Below are positions 1 through 13,500 of a stretch of DNA of 64,000 nucleotides, in pieces; position 1 is the first letter of the stretch; each line of letters begins with the position of its first letter. The DNA lies in the NCBI GenBank assembly GCA_976226885.1, contig OZ320321.1, forward strand, positions 10,230,001 to 10,294,000, in the 5' to 3' direction. The notes beneath the pieces were generated by a model, which saw only the letters and a list, made by a program, of their open reading frames with translations, searched no databases and was not told the DNA's origin. This stretch comes from Iphione sp. A-MEVVRFRX5 (Eukaryota). Both the position numbers and the translations under genes were made by a program.

Positions 1-471
1 TGACTTCCATGCTTAAATAAGTGGCATGGAAGATGGCTGACAGACAACATATAACTGATATCTGTTAACTGACATGATCACTGGCGACGGCAATTCAACA
101 GATTTATTCAGAATACAAAGGTAAGCAGTTTTGATGTGCCAGTCAGTCGGCTTTGTACCTTGGTTCACAATAAAACATCAACCAGCGGGCTATCCCTCAG
201 TGGCACAGGTGGCATACAGTTGGCCCTGTACGGGCAGTGTTATTTCAACCGTATGATGGTGAATGCCCTAAAATCTAACTGCGCTTGATGATGTCTTTTT
301 GCTTTCAACACGTCTTTGCGATCTCAATCGCCACGATTTTCTTCTGTAATTGTTTTTAGATTCAGTCACTATAGACTGGGGAGAGGGTCCCCGCAAACTG
401 TCATTCTACTTCATTGCTGCCTGTCCGCTTTCTCAGGTACACTGATGTATGTATCTCTGTCCGTTTGTCCA

Positions 472-502
<31 letters not shown>

Positions 503-986
503 TTCTCCTCTGGTAAGTGGACACACGTGGACACGGTGAGTGATACCGCATCTAGGACACTTGTACCACTGCTGTACCCAGCACGCCCGCTGTCAGCATG
601 CTATTTGAGCGATGCTCGCCCGCGGGCGTGCGCCAGACTATATGCGCTTTACTCAAGACCACGTCCCCAACTCCTCCATATTTTAGCGCATGTAGCGAAA
701 GAAGCACCTCGTATAAGGTTTCTCACACATACAGCCTTCTATGGTTGGCACACATGTGTTAATCATCAATGCAGATTCCAAACGCGAACCGATGTTCAGC
801 AAGACCACTTGAATCGAGCATGTCATGACATTTTTACATTAGGCCTAATCAAAAAAGTTATGTTTCCAGTAACCTGACCGACCTGAAATTAGAGCCAATT
901 GTGGCATTTTATTTATTCCTTATTTGGTGAATATCTCAGGAATGAATTGGGATAGAGATGTGTTCTATACACCATTTTCTTCCTTA

Positions 987-1100
987 GGCCGTGTTCACAT
1001 ATAACCAGACTTTTCCCGTCCGCGTCCGCACACGGGGACAGATTTTTTATCCAGTCCCCTTCTACCATAATAACCATTCACATACATCTAGATTTCTCGA
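987..1100. mobile_element. Truncated family A MITE end
   Basis: tta-GGCCGTGTTCACATATAACCAGA matches the reverse complement of the 6750-6783 end. Confidence 0.6.
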
Positions 1101-2302
1101 TTGATTCCTTCCAGCTTCCTTAAACTAGTGTGATTTGGAAAAAAATTACATTTTTTTCTTTTTCATTCATATATCATGTAGTTACATTTCATATGAAATC
1201 TGTCCATAATTTGTATTGATTAACAGTTATTTCACACATGAATATATGAAACTTTTTCTTCAGCTGTTTGTGGGGTTGTTTACTTCAGTCCATTTTTAGT
1301 TTATCAGTCCTCGAGCAGCGCAGTCTAGATACTATACCTATCGTAGTCAGTTTCTTTAGACGCATGGGCATGTCTCCGTGGGTGTGTTGCAACGGGTGTG
1401 TTTGACAGGCATCCTGCCATGTTTCCACCGGGACAAAATGGTGGTCATGTTTCATTGAGGCTGTGCTTCCATGGCCAGGCAAACGAAAGAACTGACGGAA
1501 ATTTGGTCGAAAAACAGTTTAAAAAACAGTGAAAATGGTGCAAAATTTGGTGAAAAACCACAAAAGTGATACTAGTTTGGCAGGAAACAGTAGAAAATGT
1601 TAGAAAATATTTGTTAAAAATGGCAATCTGATGCACCTTCGATAAAGAAAAATTGCAGAAAATGACAGAACTGATGCACAGATGTGTGGAAATGCCAGCA
1701 AATATGTGGTTTTTGCCTGATGCATACCTAAAATTGTTCCTTTTCCTTTTCTGCTATACATTTTATGGTAATGCTGCTGTGAAAATTGGGAATTTTCCAA
1801 TCCAAAAATATACCAACATGCCTTTAAACACTCCTGATGTCAGCCATAGTTTTATAAAAACATACAGAAGACACGCTAACACACTCACGAAAATACATGC
1901 CTACAGAAATTGAGCCTTACACGACGCTGCAAACCACAAGTGTAACGCCAAAGGCACTTGTCATTCAGTTCTAAAGATGACCAGGTGGCTGGGCTCATGG
2001 AATTGTACGTACAGTAAACCATCAGTCTGAGGTCATCCCAGAAATAAGGTCACCACGAAATAGATCTGTTCCTATATAATGCACATACAAACATTTCAGT
2101 CATGAAGTCGTCATCCTAGGTCTACTTTAAGTGATAAAGTCGCCAACCTAGGTTTACTTTCAGTGATCATCATCCTGTAGGAACGTTTCATTCTGCCTGA
2201 ACATTTTGTTTATAAAATGTTGCCTGAATATTATTTTAACCTAACCAAACACCTACTTATTCAGAACATTCCATTCGAATGTTACCTGAATGTTACAAGT
2301 AA

Positions 2303-2690
2303 AGTGAATACTCAAAATCCGAACAGAGACCGCTTCAGACCAAAACGTTCGGATTTCGGATATTTCACATTTCAAATAGTGACAAATTCAGGCAAATTCG
2401 TCCGAAAATCGGCAAAACTCAGCCAAACGTGTCCCAAAATCAGCAAAAACCTGGAGGAGGCGCGAAACATTCAACGAGTAGTTCAACCCTTTGATTCATA
2501 ACGAACTGGTTCATTTGATTTTTGAGTGAAAATACAATGTATTTGTACCAGATAAGTTCATTCGGGTTCGGGATGTGAATATTTCGATTATATGAGTAGC
2601 TACATAGAGAAAAACAATTGGTTGCAGGTTATAGCGTTCGGATTTCAGCAAATTCGGTTTTGGAATGTTCGGTTTTCTCATATTCTCTGT
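2303..2690. mobile_element. Degenerate fold-back/MITE-like element
   Basis: aaatccgaac motifs on the left are mirrored by repeated gttcggattt/gttcggtttt on the right. Confidence 0.4.
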
Positions 2691-5194
2691 ACAAGTTTAT
2701 GTAAAATGTAGGATTTCTTTTCTAATCTAACAAAACCATGATGGTCTATAAACGTTTTACAACATCATGAGTAAGCTGGGCTACTATGTGATGTTCTCCT
2801 GCGATTCAGTTAGCGCGGTTTAACAAATATCCCTAAAACCACATAACCGTGTATATTTCCTGAACATTCATTGCTGGATTTTTTTTGGTGCTCGCTTGGC
2901 CTCTGGCCCCATTAACGACTGTTGATTATAGCTCACGTGATTACACCGTCGCTACTATGGGTCTCCCTTGTGGAGATGAACCTATTTTCCTCGTGCACCA
3001 TTACACATAATGCATCTGGTGAATATCTCTCAAGGCTGGCCCCACTATAGGGTCTTAATATACAAACCCCAAAGAGGTCGCCACCCAAACTCCCGCTGTA
3101 GGGCCAGCACCCTTAGATATGGAACGCAGAGCCCATTACCTACATACTACAGTACACACACCTACCGTTTACAACACCCAGCCCCCCCCCCCCCTCACTC
3201 GAAAGATAAAATATATCAATGGCTGAAATCAGGTGCGCTTTCTGTCTATGGACAAAATGTTGCTATGTTTGAACATATCACTTGGTCGCACAGAATTAAA
3301 CACATATTATAATGGATTAAATGGCCAATGCAAGCGCCAAAGGCCGAAGTTAGTCATTCCCAGTGAAGATATAAACATTCAATACGATACATAGAGCGAC
3401 CCCTGGGGGCCACTTTGATGACTTAAATCAACCTCTTATGGCCCGAATCAGTCGACAATAGATTAGTGATCCTGCTTCCGCACCCATTAAGCCTAACGTC
3501 CATAGACATGGGTAGGGAGGGGCTGCCTCCCTATGGTGTGTCCGACACATAGTGCCCAGGTATCAGAAGGCATGAATAGGTGCACATGGAAAGCCTGTGT
3601 TATTCGTCAAGGGACTGGTCATTGGCATAATACAGTGTCACCTCGCTAACAGGACCACTGTTCGTTCTTACCTCAAGTGGTCTGAATAGGGAGTGTTCTA
3701 TCGGAGAAAATATCTATGTACATTTATGTAATTCTGTTCCTTACAAATGGTCGTATAAGTAAGGTGGTCTGATTTTGTTTATTTATTTATTTTTATTTAT
3801 TTATATTTTTTTGGGGGCGGTGTTCACAGCTCAAGAGAACACTGCGAATCAACAGAGGCGAATACATACCTTTACTGACTCACTCGATTGATTTATCCTC
3901 CTGTTATCCCCGAACAAATATAACCAAATGTACAGACAAGCAACGTAGCTTTGTCTGAGTATTTTCACTGCCAAATCAGTCCCACCAACCACTGTCACCA
4001 TGACCGTTGTAAGGGGGGTTGCACATATATGTGGATTTTTAGCTTCCGCATTTCACTGCAATGTTTGATTTCCACCTGGCCCACTTAAACCAATGTAACA
4101 CGTTGGACTGTCTTTCCACAGTCGTATATGATTGCGATTCTCCAACCCATTAAGAATGGCTTCCATAGGCTTCTATAGTAAAGTGACATTTGTTAATGTC
4201 CAAGACCCGCCGATTTCCGCGCACTGTGGACAGCCCTTCTGCTTTCAGATGCGATTCCGAAAAACCCTACCACATACATGTGCAACTGGCCCAATTGCAC
4301 TGCTGTCTAGTGTGTTGCCAGTTAGCGCCTATACCATAATCAGCACAAAAGATGTTTCGACGTAGGTGCATGTGGTCATTGTAGTACTCTTTGTTTTTAC
4401 GGAACAAGCAAACCCGTCGGTTGATCACAAAAGCCGTTCTTCTGAACAACGATTCAAGACTATCTACAGAATGACACCAGCCAGTGCTCCTCCCATGGCT
4501 GAACACTGTGAAACGAGGACATGTTTCTCAACACCGCTGGGGTGTGAGGGTATCCAAGGACGCCGCCTGACAAACCCCGAGCTGTCTTCACGCTGACACC
4601 CATCCAGCCCAAAGCATCTTATGAAGTGGCCTACATATATACGATCTTCATCACCTGAGGCCCACACTTGACCCTTCAAGTTGATGTACTACCTACTCAC
4701 GAGTAAGATTATGCATAGAGGCTGGTATTAACAGTTAATGAAAGGCACAAAAAAAGTTACCCACACGAGAAAACACGACGCCACTTCGTATGAGATTGGA
4801 ATGTCTTGTACAACTGATGAAAACCAAGCTGTGCACTTAGGCCAAGAGGTAGCTATTCACATCATGTTGACAGCTAGCACTTGACAGGATACTTAGGAAT
4901 CAACTTGGCCATGTATAAAAGAAGTTTATCCTCCCAGACGGACTGCTGAAGAGCTCCACCCTGCGCACCCACAGGTCCCTCTCCACCTTTCTAATGATCA
5001 AACCAAATCACAGGCCTCCTCATCTGAGATCATTTTTCCCGTACCACATATTAACACAACGTACGTACACAAGTCTGCTCATTTTTACGTTATCTAATAC
5101 CCTCCTTACCCTGCTATCCCTGACGTCTCCTTTGTGTGGCCCGCATGATCCACTTATGCTGTGTCTCGACCTGACCACTGGTATTGATAACTGT

Positions 5195-5770
5195 CATATC
5201 TACCTATCATACCGCTCGATCTCACCCCACTCAATGGCACATCTATGTATCATACCGCTCGATCTCACCCCCACTCAAGGGCACATCTATGTTTCATACA
5301 GCCTGAACTGACTCCCACTCCATGTCACTCCTCCCTATCATACAGCTCAAACTGAACCCCACTCAATGGAACATCTACCTATCATACTGCTCGATCTCAC
5401 CCCCACTCAAGGGCACATCTATGTATTATACAGCCTGAACTGACTCCCACTCCATGTCACTCCTCCCTATCATACAGCTCAAACTGACCCCCACTCAATG
5501 GAACATCTACCTATCATACAGTTTGAAGTGACTCCCACTCAATATCACATCTACCTATCACATCAGCTCAAACTGACTCCCACTCAATATCACATCTACC
5601 TATCATACAGCTCAAACTGACCCCCACTCAATGTCACATCTCATACAGTTCAAACGGGCCTCCACTTAATATCACGTCTGCCTATTGGTGAGTTCCAAAC
5701 GACCTCAACTTGTGCCACATCCATCCATAGCACAGCCTCAACTGAACCCCACTGGATGTCACGTCAGCTT
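5195..5770. repeat. Minisatellite, 43-44-bp unit, about 13 copies, with a 132-bp higher-order duplication
   Basis: Consensus approximately atctacctatcatacagctcaaactgacccccactcaatggcac; the 3-unit blocks starting at 5279 and 5411 are near-identical. Confidence 0.9.
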
Positions 5771-6474
5771 GCCTCCGACACTGATGCAGCACCTGAACTA
5801 CCTGACTTACACAGACCACCCTGAATGTAATCGGATCAAAGAGCATCATAAAGGCCAGGTAGGCAGCAACGTGCGCTCTACCTATTCGAGAAATCATCGT
5901 TTATATTTTCTCTACCCTATAAAAACCTGCCTCTCTTAGCAGGTTACCAGCTGCTCCACCATTAAGACATCTGCCAAGGGGTCTGAGATGCAGTTAGTGG
6001 CATCCAGGGGCGTGTCAGTCATCATGACAATACCCCCCCCCCAACCCCCTTTTCATCTGACACTAGCCTCTTGATGGTTCTCTCGCAGATGGTGATTTAG
6101 CTTACGATATGGTAGATCACTGTGCTGACACACTTCGTTTCCATTGGTATATAGCCTCATCCTAACACTAAAATGCCATGCCCCACCCTAATGTCACCTT
6201 TTACTAAAATGCCATGCTGTTTTGTCTTGGTCGCAGACAGAAAATCCCTAGGTGTCTTAAGCTCTTAACCTGCAACTACCATCCAATTTTAATTAATCAT
6301 TCCACCGTACATAGTAGTAATCCTTCTAGCTTAAGTATCTTCAGTGACCACATGCGCACTTAATTCGTATATACAAGCACTAGAATGTCACAGTGTACAT
6401 TGACCGATACTGAAAACATACCAGTCCAGAAAAGAAGAAAAGATTGCTTTGTGTATTTGGATAATCATATTTTA

Positions 6475-6783
6475 GGTGCTTTTCACATGCATCCTGACGA
6501 AATCTCCGGCCCCATGTACGGGCACGGAGGTACCTCCTGCTGTTTCCTGATTTTAATTGGCTCCATATGGTCTGGAGAGGCTCCTTCAGCATTGCCTCCT
6601 ATGGAAATCAACGTCCGGGTCCGGACAAAACCCAACCCCGATGGTTTGAGATCCAGACCCAGACCCGGGTCCGAATAATTCAGGATATATGTGAATGCCT
6701 ATACATGTAGTAGTAAAGGCAGGCTGGAAAAAATCCGCACCCGGCACCCGGAACGGAAAAATCTGGTTATATGTGAACGAGGC
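6475..6783. mobile_element. PIF/Harbinger-like MITE, family A (inverted relative to 15245-15552)
   Basis: Reverse complement aligns with 15245-15552 (shared ttttttccagcc.gcctttac.ac, ataggcattcacata, tcaaaccatc, gggttgggttttgtccggac); ends ggtgcttttcacatgcatcctg and gtgaacgaggc. Confidence 0.7.
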
Positions 6784-7619
6784 ATGATCCCAAGTTCTTC
6801 AGTCTGCAGCGTTCCGCATTTAAAATGATGCTATATAGATACAATGGGGACTATATTTGAATTTCAAACTTATACGGTCTTCTTTGCTACTGAATACTGA
6901 ATAAATACTGATTGAATATATTGAGGCAAACCCCAATTCCTCGCGCCCCCCTCCCCCTCTCCACTGACTGCAGGAAGGGTGGCCGTATGAAAAACCGGAC
7001 TCGGATGGGTTTGGGCCTACATGAACTAACATGGCCTTGTTGCTGGATATAATTTCGGAAACATGGAAAGGGAAGGATGATACACACTTGTTTGCAAACT
7101 GGTCTGATTGCTGGCCGTACACGTTGAAAAAAAGCACCTCCCCAGCAAGTAAATAACACGTCTTCAAACTGTGTGCAGCATTGGTGGCAATAAACTGAGT
7201 TACAAATGTGTCTCACCCTGTAGACTGAATACATGTATGAGCTGTGCAATCTGAGTAGGTGGCCTTTCCTTTCTACCTGAACATTATCATAGCTAACGTG
7301 CCGTATGTCGAGGCATTCTCGGTAAAGGACGCGGAAATACTTGAAAGTGTCCCTAATATTGCTTCTCCTGCGTTCCCTACATGACAGAAGCGTGAACTAT
7401 TTACACTCCTCGCGGATGGATCCATCGTACTCACAGAGGAGAAGCCATCTGCTGTCGGTGTAAGCATACTGAAGAGAGCTCAACAGGAAAACCGAGAGAG
7501 GGAGTAGGAGAGGGAGAGAAAGCGAGTGGGGCAGAGGAAGGGAGAGTCAGAGAGTAGAGGAAATGGAAGAGAAGCAGCATTAGGGGGACAGGAACGGGAA
7601 GAGAGAGAAGAGAGAAACA

Positions 7620-7627
7620 AAGAGAGG

Positions 7628-7697
<70 letters not shown>

Positions 7698-7698
7698 A
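7620..7698. repeat. (GA)n microsatellite in a purine-rich tract
   Basis: Direct reading of the sequence. Confidence 0.95.
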
Positions 7699-8739
7699 AG
7701 GCTGGGGCATGGCAGGGAGAAAATGGTTGAAAATGAGGTCAAGGGAGTGCCGCGTGATGCTCGTCCATGAAGACCCGCGTTTTATCTCCCTCCAGGAGCT
7801 GACTCAACAACCCCTACTACTCCCTCGGATTTCTCCCCTCCCCTCCTCGCCCCTCGCCCGTGCTGGTTCCTCCAGGCCGCTGATCGGGTTACTTTTGAAG
7901 AGGGAAAAAGTTATACGTGGGGGGATACACCGAACAGTCCTTCAGGGGACATCACGTCATACGGCTGTACATGTACCGGCTGGTATAAATTGACTGAAGA
8001 CCCCTTCACAAGAGCAACCCTCGTTCCAAGGAGGACCTCTTCTTTCTTCTAAAGACAGCTCGCGAGGCCAAACCCAGATGGTTTGGTATGTCTGTTATGC
8101 AGATCTACATTTTGATCGTACTCATCTAATCCTGTGGATGAACTCCACCCGTCTAGTGGGGCGCTGTGTATGTGTCTTACGATGTACATGGGGAGAGTCT
8201 ATAGAACGTAGAAAGCAGGAAGAAAATATCAAAATTCGTGTGCATGCGTGTACAATACTCATGTGAAATTCACACATATATTCTGTGCCTGTGCAGAGAT
8301 ACTGCTGAAAATATTGCATTGTCGGTGATGGGCAAAGATGAGCAGTACCCTTAAAGATACTGTCGAAAATGTACTGTGTCTCGTTTCATAAGTAAGTAAT
8401 TAAATCATTTGAAATATTTATTGTTGCGAATTGCATGCCATACTAGTATAGTGTATGAATATAAATATTGATACATTTTTAGTTGCTTGTGTGGTACTTG
8501 GCTTATCAGCCTCGTGTTACATGAACTACCATTCCTAACCATTAATATTATATTTTTTGCATTTTTCATTTTCATCGTACGTTTCATCATGAACTAGATA
8601 ATGCAGCTGTCTTGGCTTAATTTCACATCCCCATGGGGTAGTATACAACCATCCGTTAAAGTGAATTGAGAGACCAAAATCGTCAAAACGAGAATGCCTG
8701 GGTATTCAAACCAAAATAAACTGGTTAAAAAAACTACCT

Positions 8740-9660
8740 ACCTAACAAAACAAAGTATGCCATTGCAAATAGTGAAAAAAAACATACAGGTAATATGTGG
8801 TGTACGTCATGGAAGTATATTGGGGCCCCAACTATTTCTGATCTACAAGAATGACTTGGCTAATACAGAACTCCACTCCACACATTATATGTATGCAGAT
8901 GCCACTGCTCTAATATGTAGTGACTCAAATGTAATGAGCTGTCACAGATGAATACAAAGTGATCTGAACACGATTGGAACATATTGCAAAGATAAAGTCG
9001 ACATCAACACTGGTAAAACCAAATTAATGGTATTCATTAAAACTCCACCCAAAGCAGAACAGCCCCAGCTGAACATTAATGTATTAATGAAACAGCAGAG
9101 TACAAGTACCTAGGAATTGTTATTTATAATACACTAACCTTGAAGAACAATAATTTGTTATGTCCTAAAAGAATTTGTAAGAAAAACTGCCCCTTAAAAA
9201 GTTCAAAGACATGTGCTAAACAGAAACACGGCATTAAAAATAGTCATCAGTCAAATTAAACCCTTGGTTAATTACAGTTGTATTGTGTCTACAAGGAGGA
9301 ATTAGAGGTCATGTGCATGTTAAAAGGGCATTACTAAGGTCATACAAAATGGCCCTGGGAACAAAGAGCACCACGAACTGTAAAAAAAATGATAGAAAGA
9401 AAATTTCCCTGAACTGAAACAAGGAGGCAATATCTCCTCTGTACAAGTACTCACGATTAGTTTCTTTGAGAAGATGTCAACTACAGGCTTGAGTTCATAC
9501 CTGATAGACATGATCAGTATATCAGACTCCCATGACCCAATGCTGAAAAAGTGCACAACTCATGTTTATACCAAGGTCTAAGAAATTGGAACTCTTTACC
9601 ACTGCCAGCAAAGAAATATGTTATCTATCACAAAGTGCAAGAGAACTATAGAATCCCATA
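8740..9660 (+). mobile_element. Decayed non-LTR retrotransposon (CR1/L2-type) RT domain and ORF2 C-terminus
   Basis: Motifs in the right order with stops and frameshifts: CGVRHGSILGPQLFLIYKNDL (about 8797), YADATA (YADD equivalent, about 8892), INTGKTKLMVF, KYLGIVI (about 9105), YQGLRNWNSLP (about 9569). Confidence 0.88.
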
Positions 9661-9863
9661 AGTAATGACCATGCAATTTCGAAGGAGTAAATAAGTCCGT
9701 CTTGAACTTAAGTCTCCCAGTTTTTCAATGATATCTCCATACTCATGCCTGTGCATTTTATCATACTGTATATAGTGTATACAGTATATTTATACCTCAA
9801 AGTTCATCTTGAATATTGGTACTATATTATATTCTTCCATTCACCATTCTGTTCCACTGATCA

Positions 9864-9899
9864 GTGCTAGTCCGCACTCTTACCAACTGAGCTAACTCC
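9864..9899 (-). mobile_element. tRNA-derived SINE head fragment (A box only)
   Basis: Minus strand GGAGTTAGCTCAGTTGGTAAGAGTGCGGACT is a tRNA D-arm/A box; no B box or T arm follows. Confidence 0.4.
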
Positions 9900-10334
9900 A
9901 AACCCATATATATTATATATACACCACCCAGATCTTTCTCTTAATATAGATGTTTGCCCTTTCACCAGGCGTCATTGCAGAGGCCAAGCTGTTTACAGAC
10001 AACAAAAGGGAAGAGGATGAACTGCATGTATTGCCATGCTCCCTGTCGACATGTACCTCGAGACCATACCATGTACGGACTCCACCGTAGGAGTGGGCAG
10101 TGGCTGTAGACTGGACTCCTCCTTACTTTATATGATGAAACATACGTTAGGCCTGCTTTCCATGTGTACAGATTCTTTTCCATATGTGTGACAGTCCAGA
10201 AAATTAGGCCGATTTTCCGGACCTCCCCACACTTCTCTAGACAGGTGTTCTCCATCTGTGCAGGTTAGGAACCCTCAGGTACCCTAAGGAATGGTGTGTA
10301 TGTGTCTGTGAGTGTGTATGTGTCTATTGAAACC

Positions 10335-10520
10335 ATTTTTTTTGGTGCTTATAACAAGGAATTCTGACCAGATCTGTTAAAACCATGTGTTTTTGTGCTG
10401 ATTGCAAGGAATTATGCCCATAATTGTTAAAAGCATATGTCTGAGGGGTTGATCACAAGGAATTTCGAGCAAATCTGTTAAAACCTAAGTTTTTGTTGGT
10501 GCCGATCACAAGAAATTCCA
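10335..10520. repeat. Degenerate tandem repeat, about 51 bp x4
   Basis: Recurring caaggaatt...ctgttaaaac. Confidence 0.55.
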
Positions 10521-13500
10521 AATAAAGTGGTTTTTATGCAAATGATATTCAAACTGGAAAATATTTCACAGCACCTAACAAATATTAGTTTCCTTTTAGT
10601 CTTGGCCTGAGAATTAACACCTCTTTTAGATTTCTATTGTGTCCTGAGTCTGGAAAATGGGTAAATTTACAGACAACACTCATTTTCTCCGCACCTCTCC
10701 AGACACAGAAATTGGAGCATGGGGCCCATGAACATGGAATGACCTCAGTCACTCTGCATAGAATAATTTTTTTTCGGGACCGCAGAGCTCATGCTATGGA
10801 AGAAATTTCCATACACATAGAAAGCGGGCCTTAATCTTATCTTATAAGTGTGTGTGTGTAGGGGGGGGGTTACCTCATATACATATACATATACCAATGT
10901 GCACCCTTATTGTGTGCACGAGCACCAGCGTTCGGAACAGAGATTGGGGGGGGGGGACATTTGACTAGGAACGCTGGAGCTGGACGCCCGCCAATACGGG
11001 GCTCCTATTTGAGCGTCCACCATATGTTGCCGTGTGACCTGTCACTTTTAACCAGCGCCTTCCCCCACCGCCCGAGGTCCACATAAGCCAAACTTTTTGT
11101 CTAATTTGTAGAACTGATGTAAAGGTTGTCATCAGGAAAAAAGCTGCTGTCATCGCCACTACATGCGATCAGCACTCCAAATATAATAATAGCAAGCGCT
11201 ATGCGGCCATGGCAGCCTTAGTGGGGTGGTGACGCATATGTCACCGGGAGATGACAACCTGAGTAGTTTCATTCCACACACTGAATGGCACTGTTGTGCC
11301 ATCATGGCCGACCTCCACATGGCGATCATGCTGACCTTGCCTTCAGGTCAGGTCAAGGCCACCGTCATTTCATTTCATTGCCTGACAAACGTACACACCG
11401 GGAAACTGCGTCAGCATTCATGGCGCACACACCAGCCAAACTGGTACCTTCTCCTCTCGGAGGTTTATTACATATATATATATATATATATGGTGACAGG
11501 AATATCGCTACTGAGACAGTACGAATTGGAACTCTAACTTCCAACTCGCTAGGTGTTGTAACTGTGTAGATACGAATATTCTGACTTATCTTCCTATTCC
11601 GAGTATGCTTGTGTAATTCTCTCCAGGAAGAGATCCTCTTCAGCAACTTTGTGATTGATTGTGGCAAGGTTTAGAACCAGTGTTTGTATATAAGGGTCAT
11701 GTTTCACTGAATAAAGGGACATTCTCTCACTGCACTTTGAGAGAGTTACACCCAGCAGAGTTCTCAATGTGGAGTGAACTAGATATTTCTTTGTGGACTT
11801 CATTCAATCCTACTGGAACTTCAGCTATCCTCATCTGAGACAGATTCACATTACAATATATAATGTAGAATCCCTTTTCATCAACAAATTCTATAAACCT
11901 AATTAAAAGATGACATTTTCTCTGTAATAAAAAATCGTTTCTCTGATCCCAAGGAGCAAAGCACTGTTTTTTTTTCACCCTGGATGTCCTTCCTAGTTTT
12001 CATGTATATATGTTTCTGGTGGTCCAAAATGTCCGTGGAGGACGTTGATCGCAGACACTAAATGTATATCCTATTTCCCCTAGACTACCTGATAAGGCCA
12101 TGTGTATGTAAAACAATATTCTGTATCTTTTTCATGTGATGTGTTGACATCCTAGCTCGTTCACGAAATAGGAGTAGATGTTGATGTAACTGTCCTTTCT
12201 CTTCATAACCTCTATATAAACAGTACCCAGACAAACAAGGTGCCTCGACTGCATGGATACATGGAAATTTAACTACGTGGCCCTAGACAAGACTGAACTA
12301 TAATGAGTACTGGATAAACAGATTACATTTAATTCCCATGTGCCCGAAAGCACGGAAAAAGATCCTAGCTTGTTCACGAAATAGGAGTAGATGTTGATGT
12401 AACCCATCCACATAATACTGTTCTCTTGATCATCAATGAATGATACTCTTGTCCCGCTCATCTAGATATAATACTACTTTCCTGTTCACTGAGACATAAC
12501 ACTCTTAGGCTGATCATCAATAAATACTACTCTTATCCTGTTAATATAAATACAATACTCTTATCATGTTCATCAATAAATCATAATCCTCCCCCGTTCA
12601 CGCTGATATAATATTACTGTCATGATGTTGATCTGAACTTCAGATTCCGATTGATTTTGTTCACTTCTTAATGTATGAAGGAATACAGCAGGTTCTTCCA
12701 GTGAACAATGACTAACTAATGTATGATATGGTGAAAGCGTTTCAGTGATAAGCAGGACTGGATTATTGAGATCCCCAGCCAGCAAAATAAGAGTCTTTTT
12801 ACACATAAAACCTGTTTACACATACAAGTGGAAATGAATGGAATAATTGTACAGAAAAGCAACAGGGAAACACAAGTATTCTGCTGTATGTATGTATGGA
12901 ACCCGAGATGGGCTAGAGGCAATGGTAAACTATATGCCTGGATCTACTTTTGACACACAGCTTCAAATGGGTCTGTGGGTCGCTCAGCAATGCTGTCGGT
13001 CGACTACGTGCAGGGCGATGAGACGTGAGGGGTAGAGCCCATTCCATAAACTGGTTCAATTTAGGGGAAATCACGTTCTCTCTATTAGGGTTACCCCCTT
13101 CGACCGCACTCTCCCCCCCCCCATCTGAGACATGACTAAGCGGGTGGGAAGACCTGTCAGCGCAGATAAATTAACTATTATTAGGGAGAGACGTCTCCAG
13201 TTTGACGGAAACGAGAAACGTTAGTTAGAATGAATTTCAAGAAATATAACGTTCCACAAATCTTTTTGCGCCAGAAGTTTTTTAAATTACAAGGAAATAA
13301 TACATGTACGTTCCACAAAAAAATATTTTGGGGACAGAGTATTTCAAGAAGACATCCTGGCACAGAACGTTTTTTTGAGTTTATTTCCAGTGGGATGATA
13401 ATATACAATAATGTACAACTGTCCAGTATCTTACACACAATTTTACAACAGTGTTAATGTTGGCGATGATTAACGTAAATGAAATGAGATGTTATTAAGG

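Noticed and set aside
4130-4680. Cluster of overlapping short ORFs
   Set aside because: No recognisable motif or convincing splice boundaries; compatible with chance or very old TE sequence.
7431-7993. ORFs with ERERER or SLSLSL runs
   Set aside because: They are produced by the (GA)n microsatellite.
9864-9899. Functional tRNA gene
   Set aside because: Only the D-arm/A box is present, with no anticodon arm closure, T arm or B box; kept only as a possible SINE fragment.
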